From an uncultured Candidatus Peribacteria bacterium (GTDB lineage: Bacteria; Patescibacteriota; Gracilibacteria; Peribacterales; Peribacteraceae): 64,000 bases of DNA. Made by a program: the position numbers and the translations under genes. The stretch spans positions 258 to 64,257 of the forward strand of contig CAZUYK010000009.1 of NCBI GenBank assembly GCA_964624905.1, in the 5' to 3' direction. This document shows positions 26,261 through 35,187 of the stretch, piece by piece. Within the stretch, counting starts at the first letter, position 1, and each line of letters starts with the position of its first letter. The notes under the pieces were generated by a model. It had not been told where the DNA came from, made no database searches, and was given only the letters and a program-made list of their open reading frames with translations.

Positions 26261-26340
26261 TATTCAGGGGATACGTCAAACGTACCTTTATGACCCGATA
26301 TATACATTTATAGCCTGTATTACTTGTTTTAAACAAAAAA

Positions 26341-26457
26341 TGGAGCCGTTCACCGGGATTGAACCGGCGACCCCGTCCTTACCATGGATATGACGGTTGT
26401 GTGCAGATGTAGTTTTTTGATGCTCGCTTTCGCTCGCAAGCACTGAGCTAGGACGGC
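26341..26457 (-). pseudogene. tRNA-Thr-derived 117-nt copy with 53-nt replacement in the D-arm/anticodon-stem region
   Basis: The 5' 16 nt and 3' 48 nt of the tRNA are retained. The 11 nt GGTAGAGCACG are replaced by 53 nt. There is an extra C-to-T change in the acceptor 3' strand. Confidence 0.6.
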
Positions 26458-26479
26458 TTATTGGGCGTCATTGAAAAAA

Positions 26480-26596
26480 TGGAGCCGTCCACCGGGATTG
26501 AACCGGCGACCCCGTCCTTACCATGGATATGACGGCTGTGTGCAGATGTAGTTTTTTGATGCTCGCTTTCGCTCGCAAGCACTGAGCTAGGACGGC
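26480..26596 (-). pseudogene. tRNA-Thr-derived 117-nt copy with the same 53-nt replacement
   Basis: Same structure as the copy at 26341. Its acceptor and T arm are identical to the intact gene. Confidence 0.6.
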
Positions 26597-26618
26597 TTAT
26601 TGGGCGTCATTGAAAAAA

Positions 26619-26693
26619 TGGAGCCGTCCACCGGGATTGAACCGGCGACCCCGTCCTTACCATGGACGTGCTCTACCACTGAGCTAGGACGGC
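26619..26693 (-). tRNA. tRNA-Thr (anticodon GGT), CCA encoded
   Basis: Hand-folded 75-nt cloverleaf. Acceptor GCCGTCC/GGACGGC, D arm GCTC-AGTGGTA-GAGC, anticodon arm CGTCC-ATGGTAA-GGACG, T arm GCCGG-TTCAATC-CCGGT, and a 3' TCCA. Confidence 0.9.
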
Positions 26694-26745
26694 TTATTGG
26701 GCGATACTGTGAAACTTGTTTCGGGACGCCATCCTAACGCATGCG

Positions 26746-27153
26746 TCAGTGGGAATCCACTGTTTCCTGCCAACCTTGGGGTGGTTCTTTCCGGTAGGCG
26801 TGCAGTGCGTTTTTGAGCGTATGGAGGCATAGGAGGGCGCATTTCGTGCGCCTCGCCCCGATGGGGACGTTCAGCAGCGATGTGATATCGTCCGCTTTCA
26901 GCCCGTCGAGGTACGCAACCGGCTTGCCCGTCAGTTCATCGGACAGGATCGACATGCTCGCCTGGCTGATCGCGCATCCTTCGCCCGTCCATCCGACCGC
27001 GGTGACGATGTCGTTCTCTATCGCGAGATCCACCGTGAGGGTGTCGCCGCAGCTCGCGTTCAGTTCCGCGTGCGAGACGGTAGGGGACGGAAGTCTTTCC
27101 TTCTTATGCGGGTGTTTGTAATGGTCGATGATGTTCTCCGCGTAGATATCCAT
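26746..27153 (-). CDS. sufU: SufU/IscU-type Fe-S cluster scaffold (NifU N-terminal domain family)
   Basis: HYKHPHKK, NASCGDTL, GEGCAISQAS and RTKCALL provide the three Cys ligands in SufU-like spacing. Confidence 0.9.
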   Translation of the reverse strand: MDIYAENIIDHYKHPHKKERLPSPTVSHAELNASCGDTLTVDLAIENDIVTAVGWTGEGCAISQASMSILSDELTGKPVAYLDGLKADDITSLLNVPIGARRTKCALLCLHTLKNALHAYRKEPPQGWQETVDSH

Positions 27154-27155
27154 GT

Positions 27156-28373
27156 TCAGCGGAAGCGGGAAAGGATGTTTTCGATTGCCGGTCCGAGCGC
27201 TTCGATTTCTTCCGTCGTGTTGTAGATGCCGACGGACAGGCGTGCGCTGGCGGGAATCTTCAACCGATCGTGTAGGGGTTGCGCGCAGTGGTGTCCCGCG
27301 CGGAGGCAGAAACCGTTTTTACCCAGGATGTCCGTGAGGTCGTGGGGATGGATGCCGTCCGCGGTGAAGCTGACGCAGCCCGAGATGTCATCCGCGTTGC
27401 CGGGGCCGAGGATCGTGATGCCGTCGATGCCGGAGAGGACGTCGATTGCCTTTTGCAGGAGTATTTTTTCGCGTGCCTTTCTCTCTTCGATCGGGAACTG
27501 CGAGAGCCACTCGATCGCCGCCGCGAAACCGACGGCCTCCGCCACCGGCTGCGTGCCGGCTTCGAAACGCATCGGGACGTCCGCGAGGGAAAATCCGTCG
27601 CGCGTCACCTCGCCGATCATCATGCTGCCGTACAACAGGGGTGTCATGATCTCGAGTATGTTTTTTTTCGCATACAACGCGCCGATTCCTGTCGGGCCAT
27701 AGAGTTTGTGGCCGCTGCATACCAAAAAATCACAATCGATTTTTTGCACATCGATCTCGTCGTGGACGGCGAGCTGCGTCGCGTCGATGAGGACGAGCGC
27801 GCCGGCGGCGTGGGATTTTTTCACGATTGCCCCCAAGTCCGGCTTCGTACCGAGCACGTTGCTCAGTCCGGTGACCGCAACCATTTTTACTTTTCCGTCT
27901 GTCAGGCGCGCGTCGAGTTCGTCCATCTTCATCATTCCTTTTTCATCGATGCCGACCCAGCGGATCTCCAGGTTTTTTTGCCGCGCGAGATGCATCCACG
28001 GAACGATGTTCGAATGATGCTCCAAGATGCTCAATACGATCGCGTCGCCCTCGGACATCTTCGGCATCATGCCTTGCGCGACGATGTTGATTCCCTCCGT
28101 CGCGTTTTTCGTGAAGACGATTTCTTCCGGCGACCAAGCATTCAGGAATTTTTGGACGCTCTTGCGCGCATTCTCGTATGCGACGGTCGCTTCTTCCGCG
28201 AGCCCGTGCATGCCCCGGTGTGGATTGGCGTTCGAGTTTTCATAGAAGGTATCCATCGCATCCAGCACTGCTTTTGGCTTCTGCGCGGTCGAGGCGGAAT
28301 CCAGGTATGCGAGCCCTGTTATATTCGTAAAAAGAGGAAACTGCCGGCGGATCGAGGGGGTGTCCAATGCCAT
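27156..28373 (-). CDS. sufS: cysteine desulfurase SufS (class V aminotransferase)
   Basis: IRRQFPLF start region, SGHKLYGPTGIG (PLP Lys) and RAGHHCAQPL (active-site Cys loop). The upstream part of ORF ..28469 was discarded. Confidence 0.9.
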   Translation of the reverse strand: MALDTPSIRRQFPLFTNITGLAYLDSASTAQKPKAVLDAMDTFYENSNANPHRGMHGLAEEATVAYENARKSVQKFLNAWSPEEIVFTKNATEGINIVAQGMMPKMSEGDAIVLSILEHHSNIVPWMHLARQKNLEIRWVGIDEKGMMKMDELDARLTDGKVKMVAVTGLSNVLGTKPDLGAIVKKSHAAGALVLIDATQLAVHDEIDVQKIDCDFLVCSGHKLYGPTGIGALYAKKNILEIMTPLLYGSMMIGEVTRDGFSLADVPMRFEAGTQPVAEAVGFAAAIEWLSQFPIEERKAREKILLQKAIDVLSGIDGITILGPGNADDISGCVSFTADGIHPHDLTDILGKNGFCLRAGHHCAQPLHDRLKIPASARLSVGIYNTTEEIEALGPAIENILSRFR

Positions 28374-28495
28374 CGGGGCCGCAGTATAGACCAAAAACAC
28401 GTTTTCAACCTCCCGAAAGCGGGTTTTTTGGCCGGGAAACCGTGACCTGGGGGCGTTCCCGAGATACACTGCCTTCCCGTTAGCCTTCCTCTATT

Positions 28496-31357
28496 ATGAA
28501 CGACCGTACTTTCACCATTCTCCGCTACGCTTTCTTCTTTGCCCTGGTCTTGTTCGGAAGCTTTACCTTCCTGGCGTTCCTCGGCGTAGACCAACACCTG
28601 GCGGTCCTTCTGTCTTCCGATGCCAAGGACGCGATGGTGCAGGCCTGCGGAAACAGTGCCTTTTGCAAACAGTGGTATTCCATCTTCCCTGTCATCACCC
28701 ACACCATCGGGCGAGCGGCTCCGTTTGCTTGGTTCCTCGTATGGAGCTTGGTCGCGTTTGCCGTCGTACTCATCCGCGGATACATGCGCGACGGAGACTG
28801 GAGACTACGACTTACGTTCTCTCCCGCCAAGATTCTCCTTTTGTTCCTCGCTTCCGTGTGGGTGTTGTTCACCATCTATGCCACTGGCAGCAGCGGATCG
28901 GCGGATCTTCCGCACCGCCGCTTGTTCGACATCTCGCAAGCCCTGTATCCCGATTCCACGCCCGGAGAATTGCAGGCGTTGTCGGATAACCTGGCCGATC
29001 TCAAGGAGCGGGGCTGCCTGCGCACCGTCGGCTCACTGCAGAACGGAACGGGCAACGCCTATGACATGAAGATGTCCTGCATCCAGACATCCTTCGTGAC
29101 CCGCGTGCTGCCGCAGATGGCCATGGTGCTCGTCGTGTTCTTTTCCATGTTCGTTCTTGGCAGCTTCTTGCTGCGCCGCATACTGAAAGCAGACGCGCGT
29201 ACGCCTTTCTTGGAATTCGTTTTCAGCCTCGCGCTCGGCGCATGCGGATACACGGTGCTCCTGTGGTTCGTGGCGGTCCTCGCGCTCTTCGTCAATGTGC
29301 CGCTGTACTCCATGCCCGTGGGATGGTTGCTTGTCCTGGGAATCCCCGCCGTATTGTGGAGGACGTCTCTCGATTGGTTGAACCGCGCTTGGCACACCAC
29401 ATGGAGTTACGATGCCCCCTGGTACGGCCCGCTTTTGCCGCTCAGCTGGCTTCTGCTTTCCTACCTCTCCTTCAACTTTCTCTCCGTCGTACGTCCTTTC
29501 CCGATCGGATGGGACGACCTCGGCCGCTACTTGAACCAGCCCCACCTCCTGGTGAGCTACGGCCACTTCATCCCCACGATGCCGACCTTCCAATGGGAGT
29601 ACATCACGTCGCTGGGATACATGCTCTTCGGATATGACAGCGTCTTCGGCGCCACCCTTTCCATGCAGATAAACTGGGCCTCTGGCGTGTTGGCCATACT
29701 CGCCATCATGGCTTTCGGATACGCGTACCTCGGAGCGGGCGGGGGAATCCTTGCCGCTCTGGTGTATTACACGCTGCCGTTGGTGGGGCATTTCTCCTTC
29801 GCAGACATGAAGGTGGACAATGCGATCTTCGCCATCGGCGCACTGTCGATGCTGGCGCTGTTCCTCGCGTTCTTCCGCACGGTGGATGACGAAGAGTCTG
29901 ATGCTTCGGATCGCCCATGGTCGGATCGCCGCACCTGGATCATCATCGCCGGCGTCCTCGGCGGTTTCGCGTTCGCCATGAAAGCCACCGCGATCATGGT
30001 GGTGATGACGCTCGGATGCTTGCTCGTTGGCGCCATGATGGGAGGCTACGCCTTCGCCGGATCAATATTCCTTTCCTGGTTCTTTTACACGCAGCAGCAG
30101 CGCTTCAACGTCGCGGAATTCTCGGGACGTGTCTTCGGGGATGCCGCTGCGTTGTCCCGCCCTCTCGTGATGGCGGTTTGCTTCGTGGTTGGCGCGGCAT
30201 TGCTCGGCTACGCCATGTATAGGAAGCGTGAGCTCATCCGTCCGACGCTCGTCTCCTCGGGAATCCTCATCGCGGCGTTCGTCGCCAGCATCCTGCCCTG
30301 GCTCGCGTTTAATAACATCGCAAACGGAAACATCATTCCGGATCTTTCGCTGTCCGTTCCGAATTCCTACGCGCCGATTTTCGTCACGGGCAAGGGGCAG
30401 GATATCCCCGTCGATACCGACGGTCGAAAAGTGATCGCCCTTCCGAACGAACTGCGCGTCGACTTGTCCAACCCCGCCTGCGTCTCCACGTCCCGCTCCG
30501 AAGAGCTTGATCGCTATTGGGGAGAGCGCTCGGGCATCGGCCATTACCTCACGCTTCCTTGGAGAAGCGTCATGAACCTGGACAGCGCGGGTTACTACGT
30601 CACCATGATCCCGGCGCTGCTGCTTTTCCCGTTGCTCCTGTTACTCCCGTTCTTCTGGATGAAGCAGGGAAGGTGGTTACGCTGGCTGTTTGCCGGCACG
30701 GTTTTCCTGCTGGTCCAGTGGGTATTCTTCGCTAACGGTATCCCGTGGTACGGCATTGGGGTCTTCCTGGGGCTGGTGATCGGATTGGAGGCCTTCGTCG
30801 CCCGCGCGCCGGACGTCGCCTCGAGTATCGCCGCTTCGGTGTTCCTGGCACTTTCGCTTGTCAGCTCCTTCGGCCACCGTATCTGGCAGTACGAGATGCA
30901 GCACAATATCCTGGAGTATCCCATCGGCAAGATTTCCGCCGATGCCTTGGAGGAGAGGACGATCACGCACTATGACGATATCCGCCGCCAAGTCGAAGCG
31001 CGCGAGGCGCAGATGCCCGAGCAACCGTATCTGTACCGCATCGGAACGTTCATCCCGTACTTCATCCCGCGCAACCTGGAACGCATCGGCGTGGCAGACC
31101 AGCAACTGGATCTGTTCAATTGCTTGAACCAGGAGCGCGATGCTTCGCTGACGCTCAGGAGGCTCCAGGCACTTGGATTCAACGCCATCGTATTCGATAC
31201 GAATACCGATACGATTGAAAAGGACCCCAACGGAAGCTTGCACCAGAAAGTGAATGCGTTCGCCGACTTCGCTAACACCCAGGGCATCGGTCTCACGTTG
31301 GACGTGTATGACCCGAATGCCGGTATTGCTTTCATTCTCCTTCCGAAGAAGCCCTGA
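28496..31357 (+). CDS. very large polytopic membrane protein, candidate GT-C-fold glycosyltransferase with C-terminal soluble domain
   Basis: 953 aa with more than 15 hydrophobic segments. An acidic loop motif PIGWDDLGRY follows an early TM block. The last roughly 170 aa are hydrophilic. It is followed with a 1-nt overlap by a polyprenyl-phosphate sugar synthase-like GT2. Confidence 0.7.
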   Translation: MNDRTFTILRYAFFFALVLFGSFTFLAFLGVDQHLAVLLSSDAKDAMVQACGNSAFCKQWYSIFPVITHTIGRAAPFAWFLVWSLVAFAVVLIRGYMRDGDWRLRLTFSPAKILLLFLASVWVLFTIYATGSSGSADLPHRRLFDISQALYPDSTPGELQALSDNLADLKERGCLRTVGSLQNGTGNAYDMKMSCIQTSFVTRVLPQMAMVLVVFFSMFVLGSFLLRRILKADARTPFLEFVFSLALGACGYTVLLWFVAVLALFVNVPLYSMPVGWLLVLGIPAVLWRTSLDWLNRAWHTTWSYDAPWYGPLLPLSWLLLSYLSFNFLSVVRPFPIGWDDLGRYLNQPHLLVSYGHFIPTMPTFQWEYITSLGYMLFGYDSVFGATLSMQINWASGVLAILAIMAFGYAYLGAGGGILAALVYYTLPLVGHFSFADMKVDNAIFAIGALSMLALFLAFFRTVDDEESDASDRPWSDRRTWIIIAGVLGGFAFAMKATAIMVVMTLGCLLVGAMMGGYAFAGSIFLSWFFYTQQQRFNVAEFSGRVFGDAAALSRPLVMAVCFVVGAALLGYAMYRKRELIRPTLVSSGILIAAFVASILPWLAFNNIANGNIIPDLSLSVPNSYAPIFVTGKGQDIPVDTDGRKVIALPNELRVDLSNPACVSTSRSEELDRYWGERSGIGHYLTLPWRSVMNLDSAGYYVTMIPALLLFPLLLLLPFFWMKQGRWLRWLFAGTVFLLVQWVFFANGIPWYGIGVFLGLVIGLEAFVARAPDVASSIAASVFLALSLVSSFGHRIWQYEMQHNILEYPIGKISADALEERTITHYDDIRRQVEAREAQMPEQPYLYRIGTFIPYFIPRNLERIGVADQQLDLFNCLNQERDASLTLRRLQALGFNAIVFDTNTDTIEKDPNGSLHQKVNAFADFANTQGIGLTLDVYDPNAGIAFILLPKKP

Positions 31358-32025
31358 TGCGCGTGATGGTCGTCGTACCGGCGTACAACGAAGCCACCCG
31401 CATTGCGAGCGTGGTGGAGAAAGTGCGTCCTTACGCCGATGAAGTGATCGTGGTGGACGACGGCTCGTGCGACGGTACGGCGGAGAGGGCGCGCGCGGCC
31501 GGAGCCACGGTCCTGTCCCACATGAGCAACTGCGGGGCGGGAGCCGCCACCATGACGGGTATCGAGGCCGCCAGGCAGAAAGGCGCCGAGATCATCGTCA
31601 CCATCGACGCCGACGAGCAGCACAACCCCGCCGATATCCCGTCACTCCTGGCCCCTATCCAAAACGGAGAGGCGGATGCTTCGTTCGCAGATCGCTTCGC
31701 CCGCAAGAATTCCATTCCGGCGGTGCGCCGTGCCTTCAATATGATCGGAAACGTCGTCACGCTTCTTGCCACCGGCAAGTGGCTGTCGGACAGCCAGTGC
31801 GGGTTCAAGGCGCTCGGGCCCAAGGCTGTGAAGGACGTGGAGCTGAAGATGAGCGGTTTTGAGTTCTGCACGGAAATGGTAGGCGAAGCCGCCCGTCACA
31901 AGTGGCGCGTGGTTCCCGTTCCCACGAAGGTCGTGTATTCCGAATATTCCCTCGCCAAAGGGCAGTCCTTTGCCAATGGCGTGCGCACCGCTTTTAAAAT
32001 ACTATTACGTTCGTTCCTCCGATGA
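31357..32025 (+). CDS. GT2 glycosyltransferase, polyprenyl-phosphate sugar synthase-like (GtrB/DPM1 type)
   Basis: VVVPAYNE, VVDDGSCDGT and IDADEQH (DxD) in a short 222-aa soluble form. Confidence 0.85.
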   Translation: MRVMVVVPAYNEATRIASVVEKVRPYADEVIVVDDGSCDGTAERARAAGATVLSHMSNCGAGAATMTGIEAARQKGAEIIVTIDADEQHNPADIPSLLAPIQNGEADASFADRFARKNSIPAVRRAFNMIGNVVTLLATGKWLSDSQCGFKALGPKAVKDVELKMSGFEFCTEMVGEAARHKWRVVPVPTKVVYSEYSLAKGQSFANGVRTAFKILLRSFLR

Positions 32026-32381
32026 TGCTCACTCCCTATCAAATCATCGTTCCGGTCCTGTCCCTCGTCGCGATCGCGTACGCATGGACGCTTGCCCGCC
32101 GCCGCAAGAAGACGGTGTGGGAGGCGATCCTGTGGACGCTCTTCTGGGGCGCCATCGCCGGCATCGCGCTGGAGCCGGGCATCGTGTCCTACCTCACCGT
32201 CATCACCGGCATCAAGAGCCAGGTGAACGCCATCCTCGTCACGTCCATCGGCATCCTGTTCTTCATGATCTTCTACATGATCATCCGCTTGGAGGAACTG
32301 GAGCAGCGCCAGACCAAGATGATCCGCGACATCGCGCTTCGCGAGGCGGGTTTGGAGGCGAAAGACAGTAAAGATTCCTAG
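32022..32381 (+). CDS. DUF2304 family small membrane protein
   Basis: Three to four TM helices followed by an LEELEQRQ helix. This is the characteristic partner gene of GtrB-like GT2 genes. It overlaps the previous gene by 4 nt. Confidence 0.7.
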   Translation: MMLTPYQIIVPVLSLVAIAYAWTLARRRKKTVWEAILWTLFWGAIAGIALEPGIVSYLTVITGIKSQVNAILVTSIGILFFMIFYMIIRLEELEQRQTKMIRDIALREAGLEAKDSKDS

Positions 32382-32403
32382 TGATTATTTCCATTTCCAT
32401 CCC

Positions 32404-33027
32404 ATGAAAAATAAAGCAGGTTCGATAGTGGGCATAGGCGTGGGTGTTGCGATCGGCATTTTCATCTTTTCCGCAAGCATCGCGTTCCTCAGCGCTTGGC
32501 TGCTCGTCATCTTTCCGTTCTTCATTGTGGTATTACTGATTTGCGCCTTTGTTGGAGGGCGCATCGGTTACAAAAATGAAAAGAAACCACCCATGTGGCT
32601 GCCGTACGCGGTCATCCTCATCGGTTGGCCCGCAGCCTTCTACCTTCCTTTCGTCGTACAACAGGAGCGCATGGAAATCTTCTCCCGTTCCTTGCCGGAT
32701 TATCCCGGAGCGGAACTGGTGGAGAAGGAGCTGCGCACAGCGAACACCGATAGCATGATTGGTTATAGCAAAAAGTATCGCACGCATGACACTGCTGAGC
32801 AGGTTCTTCGGTTCTACAAGAATGCCCTCACGAAGATCGGTTGTGTTTCTTCCGTAGAAGAAGACGATGATGATTACCGATGCAGACGAGGGGGCGACTC
32901 TTTTCAGGTCTCGGTGAATGCCACGTACTTTGACGTCCCGGTGGACAGCCATGGTGGCAAATCCTACGGTCCGGATGACGTTGATCCCTCAACGCGCGAG
33001 ATCGTGATTTACGCAGACAAGCGGTAG
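32404..33027 (+). CDS. hypothetical membrane protein (orphan gene inside the glycan locus)
   Basis: Three N-terminal TM helices and an acidic C-terminal domain of about 110 aa. Somewhat AT-richer than its neighbours. No family recognised. Confidence 0.55.
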   Translation: MKNKAGSIVGIGVGVAIGIFIFSASIAFLSAWLLVIFPFFIVVLLICAFVGGRIGYKNEKKPPMWLPYAVILIGWPAAFYLPFVVQQERMEIFSRSLPDYPGAELVEKELRTANTDSMIGYSKKYRTHDTAEQVLRFYKNALTKIGCVSSVEEDDDDYRCRRGGDSFQVSVNATYFDVPVDSHGGKSYGPDDVDPSTREIVIYADKR

Positions 33028-33045
33028 TTTTTCCCTGTCCACGAC

Positions 33046-34143
33046 GTGAAAACCATCCTCCTCATCAGCCCCTACTGGAAAGAGCCGCACCGCTGGATGG
33101 TGAGTTCTTACAAGCTTGCGGAACTTTGGCAGCGCCTGGGCTACCGCGTGGTGGTGGCATGCATGGGAAGCGAGACAAAGACCGAGAAAATGTCCGACAC
33201 GCTCACGGTGCATTTCAAGAAGGATATTTTCCTGAAGGATCCCTGGAATTACGGCATCTGTTTCGGCTTTTCCGGGTTCGTCCGCAGGCTTGCAAAAGAG
33301 GAGAAGCCCGACGTCATCGTGTGCAACAAGCTCCTCTTTTGGTCGTCGCTCGCGGTGATCCCGCTGACGCTCGCCGGACACAAGGTGACGGTTATTACCG
33401 ACGCGCTGGTGGGCATGACGTGGTGGCCGCGCGGGTTTGTCCCAAGGCTCGCGGCTCGCTTCTACGCCTGGACGCTCGGCTGGCTGATCCTGGCCTGCGC
33501 CAAGCGCGTCGTGTTCTTCCATCCGCAGCCCGAAGGATTGCTGAGGACGCTTCGTGTGTGGAACAAGAGCTGCGTCATCCCTACCGGTATCGATCCTGCG
33601 AAGTACTCCGATCCCGAGCGTGTGAATCCTCCGGTGACCATCACGTACGTTGGGCGCTTGGAATCGGTGAAGGGCGTCGATGACTTCCTGGCCGCGGCTG
33701 CTCCATTGACCGAAGAATATCCGGACCTGAAGGTGCAGGTCGCCGGAAATTACGAGGAGGGTAATCCGCTCGTGCGGCAGTACGAGAAACAGGTGCATTT
33801 CCTGGGGCTTCGCGATGACGTGCCGGCCATCCTGGCCGCGACCGATATCTTCGCCCTGGCCAGCTATAGCGAGGGGCTCAGCAATGCCATCATGGAGGCT
33901 ATGGCTAGTGGCTGCGCGCCCGTGGTGTCCGATGTCGGGGGCAACAAGTACCTCATCCAGAACGGTATCTCCGGCTTCCTGTTCCCCGCAGGGGATCGCG
34001 AGGCCCTGCGCTCGCACCTGAAACGTTTGATCGATGATCCCGCAAAGAGGCGCGCGATCGGCAAGGCGGCACGGGAGAGGATCGATGCCGAATTCAGCTG
34101 GGAGAAGGTGGGCAAGCTCTACCGCGAACTCTTCGAGGCATGA
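33046..34143 (+). CDS. GT4 family glycosyltransferase
   Basis: GTG start. The C-terminal domain SYSEGLSNAIMEAMASGCAPVVSDVGG is a typical Glycos_transf_1 region. Confidence 0.85.
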   Translation: MKTILLISPYWKEPHRWMVSSYKLAELWQRLGYRVVVACMGSETKTEKMSDTLTVHFKKDIFLKDPWNYGICFGFSGFVRRLAKEEKPDVIVCNKLLFWSSLAVIPLTLAGHKVTVITDALVGMTWWPRGFVPRLAARFYAWTLGWLILACAKRVVFFHPQPEGLLRTLRVWNKSCVIPTGIDPAKYSDPERVNPPVTITYVGRLESVKGVDDFLAAAAPLTEEYPDLKVQVAGNYEEGNPLVRQYEKQVHFLGLRDDVPAILAATDIFALASYSEGLSNAIMEAMASGCAPVVSDVGGNKYLIQNGISGFLFPAGDREALRSHLKRLIDDPAKRRAIGKAARERIDAEFSWEKVGKLYRELFEA

Positions 34144-35186
34144 AGCACATCGTTATCCTGTCGGCGTTCCTGAGTCCGTTCCGTAGCGGCGCCGAGGCAT
34201 GCGTGGAGGAGGTGCCGCCGTTGCTGAAGGACCGGTTTGCCTTCACCATCGTGACGGCCCGCCTGCGCTCCGACCTTCCGACGCATGACACTATCAACGG
34301 CATCCCCGTGGTCCGGGTGGGGCTGGGCTTCGGTTTCGACAAGTGGCTCTTCCCGTTCCTGGCGCCGTTCGCCGCCAAGAAGCTGAAGCCGGACATCATC
34401 CATGCGGTGCTGGAATCCTTCGCGGGTCTCGCGCTCGTATTCTGCGTGTGGATGGTGCCGAAGGCAAAGCGGATCCTGACGTGCCAGAGTACGAATACGT
34501 CTTTGCTCGTAGGGGAGATGCATCGTTCGGCCGATGCGGTGACCGTGATCAGCAACGTGCTCCTGCAGCGCGCCAAGAAGTTCGGCAAAGAAGCCGTCTT
34601 GATCCCCAACGGCATCCACTATGAGGCGATTCGGAAGGCCGTGGAGTCGAATAATCAGTACCCCGCGCGCATCCTGTTCGTGGGGCGCTTGGAGCCGATG
34701 AAAGGAGTGGACACCCTGCTTGCGGCATTATCGATTTTGAAGGAAGACGGCACGCATTTTCATCTGCGTATCGTCGGCGATGGGTCGCAGCGCGAGAAGC
34801 TGGAGGCGATCGCGAAATCACTCGGGCTTTCCGATGACGTCACCTTCGTCGGGGCCAAGAAACATGAGGAGGTATTCGACGAATACGCGCAGGCGGCGAT
34901 CTTCTGCGGACTCTCGCGCAGCGAGGCGCTGGGCAACGTGTTCCTGGAAGCGCAGGCCGCGGGTTGCGCGGTGCTGGCGACCAATGTGGGCGGTATCCCC
35001 GACGTGGTGAAGGATTCGGTGGCAGGGTATTTGATCCCGCCCGATGACGCGCAAACGGCCCGCAACGCGCTCGGAGTGTTGCTAAAACACGACGCCCTGC
35101 GCGAGCAGATGGGGGAGGCAGGAGTGGAGAACGCCAAGCACTACGAATGGTCTGCAATAGCCGAAATGTACGCGGAGATCTACTAG
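34140..35186 (+). CDS. GT4 family glycosyltransferase
   Basis: SRSEALGNVFLEAQAAGCAVLATNVGGIPD. It overlaps the previous gene by 4 nt. Confidence 0.85.
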   Translation: MKHIVILSAFLSPFRSGAEACVEEVPPLLKDRFAFTIVTARLRSDLPTHDTINGIPVVRVGLGFGFDKWLFPFLAPFAAKKLKPDIIHAVLESFAGLALVFCVWMVPKAKRILTCQSTNTSLLVGEMHRSADAVTVISNVLLQRAKKFGKEAVLIPNGIHYEAIRKAVESNNQYPARILFVGRLEPMKGVDTLLAALSILKEDGTHFHLRIVGDGSQREKLEAIAKSLGLSDDVTFVGAKKHEEVFDEYAQAAIFCGLSRSEALGNVFLEAQAAGCAVLATNVGGIPDVVKDSVAGYLIPPDDAQTARNALGVLLKHDALREQMGEAGVENAKHYEWSAIAEMYAEIY

Positions 35187-35187
35187 G

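Larger units (their letters stand above)
26335..26703 (-). repeat. tandem array of three 139-bp units derived from tRNA-Thr
   Basis: TGGAGCCG starts at 26341, 26480 and 26619, a period of 139. Units 1 and 2 differ at only two positions (26350/26489 and 26397/26536). The flanks TTATTGGGCG and AAAAAA are also repeated. Confidence 0.9.

Noticed and set aside
26350-26397. The two substitutions between interrupted tRNA copies 1 and 2 were considered as compensatory covariation supporting an alternative acceptor stem formed by the insert.
   Set aside because: When the pairing is written out, both changes create mismatches (A-C and C-A) and do not preserve base pairs, so they give no structural support.
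26384-26446. A 20-codon plus-strand mini-ORF (MDMT(V/A)VCRCSFLMLAFARKH) inside each 53-nt insert.
   Set aside because: It has no SD or promoter, lies antisense to the tRNA-derived units, and is too short to evaluate. It is most likely fortuitous.
22299-26693. A genomic island bounded by tRNA-Ser and the tRNA-Thr repeats.
   Set aside because: There is no integrase, excisionase or other mobility gene. The interval contains core genes (rpmB, M50 protease, a rescue factor). Only short AT-richer patches are present.
26341-26703. The repeat array was considered as a CRISPR.
   Set aside because: The period is 139 bp, the units are tRNA-derived, and there are no short repeat and variable spacer alternations and no cas genes.
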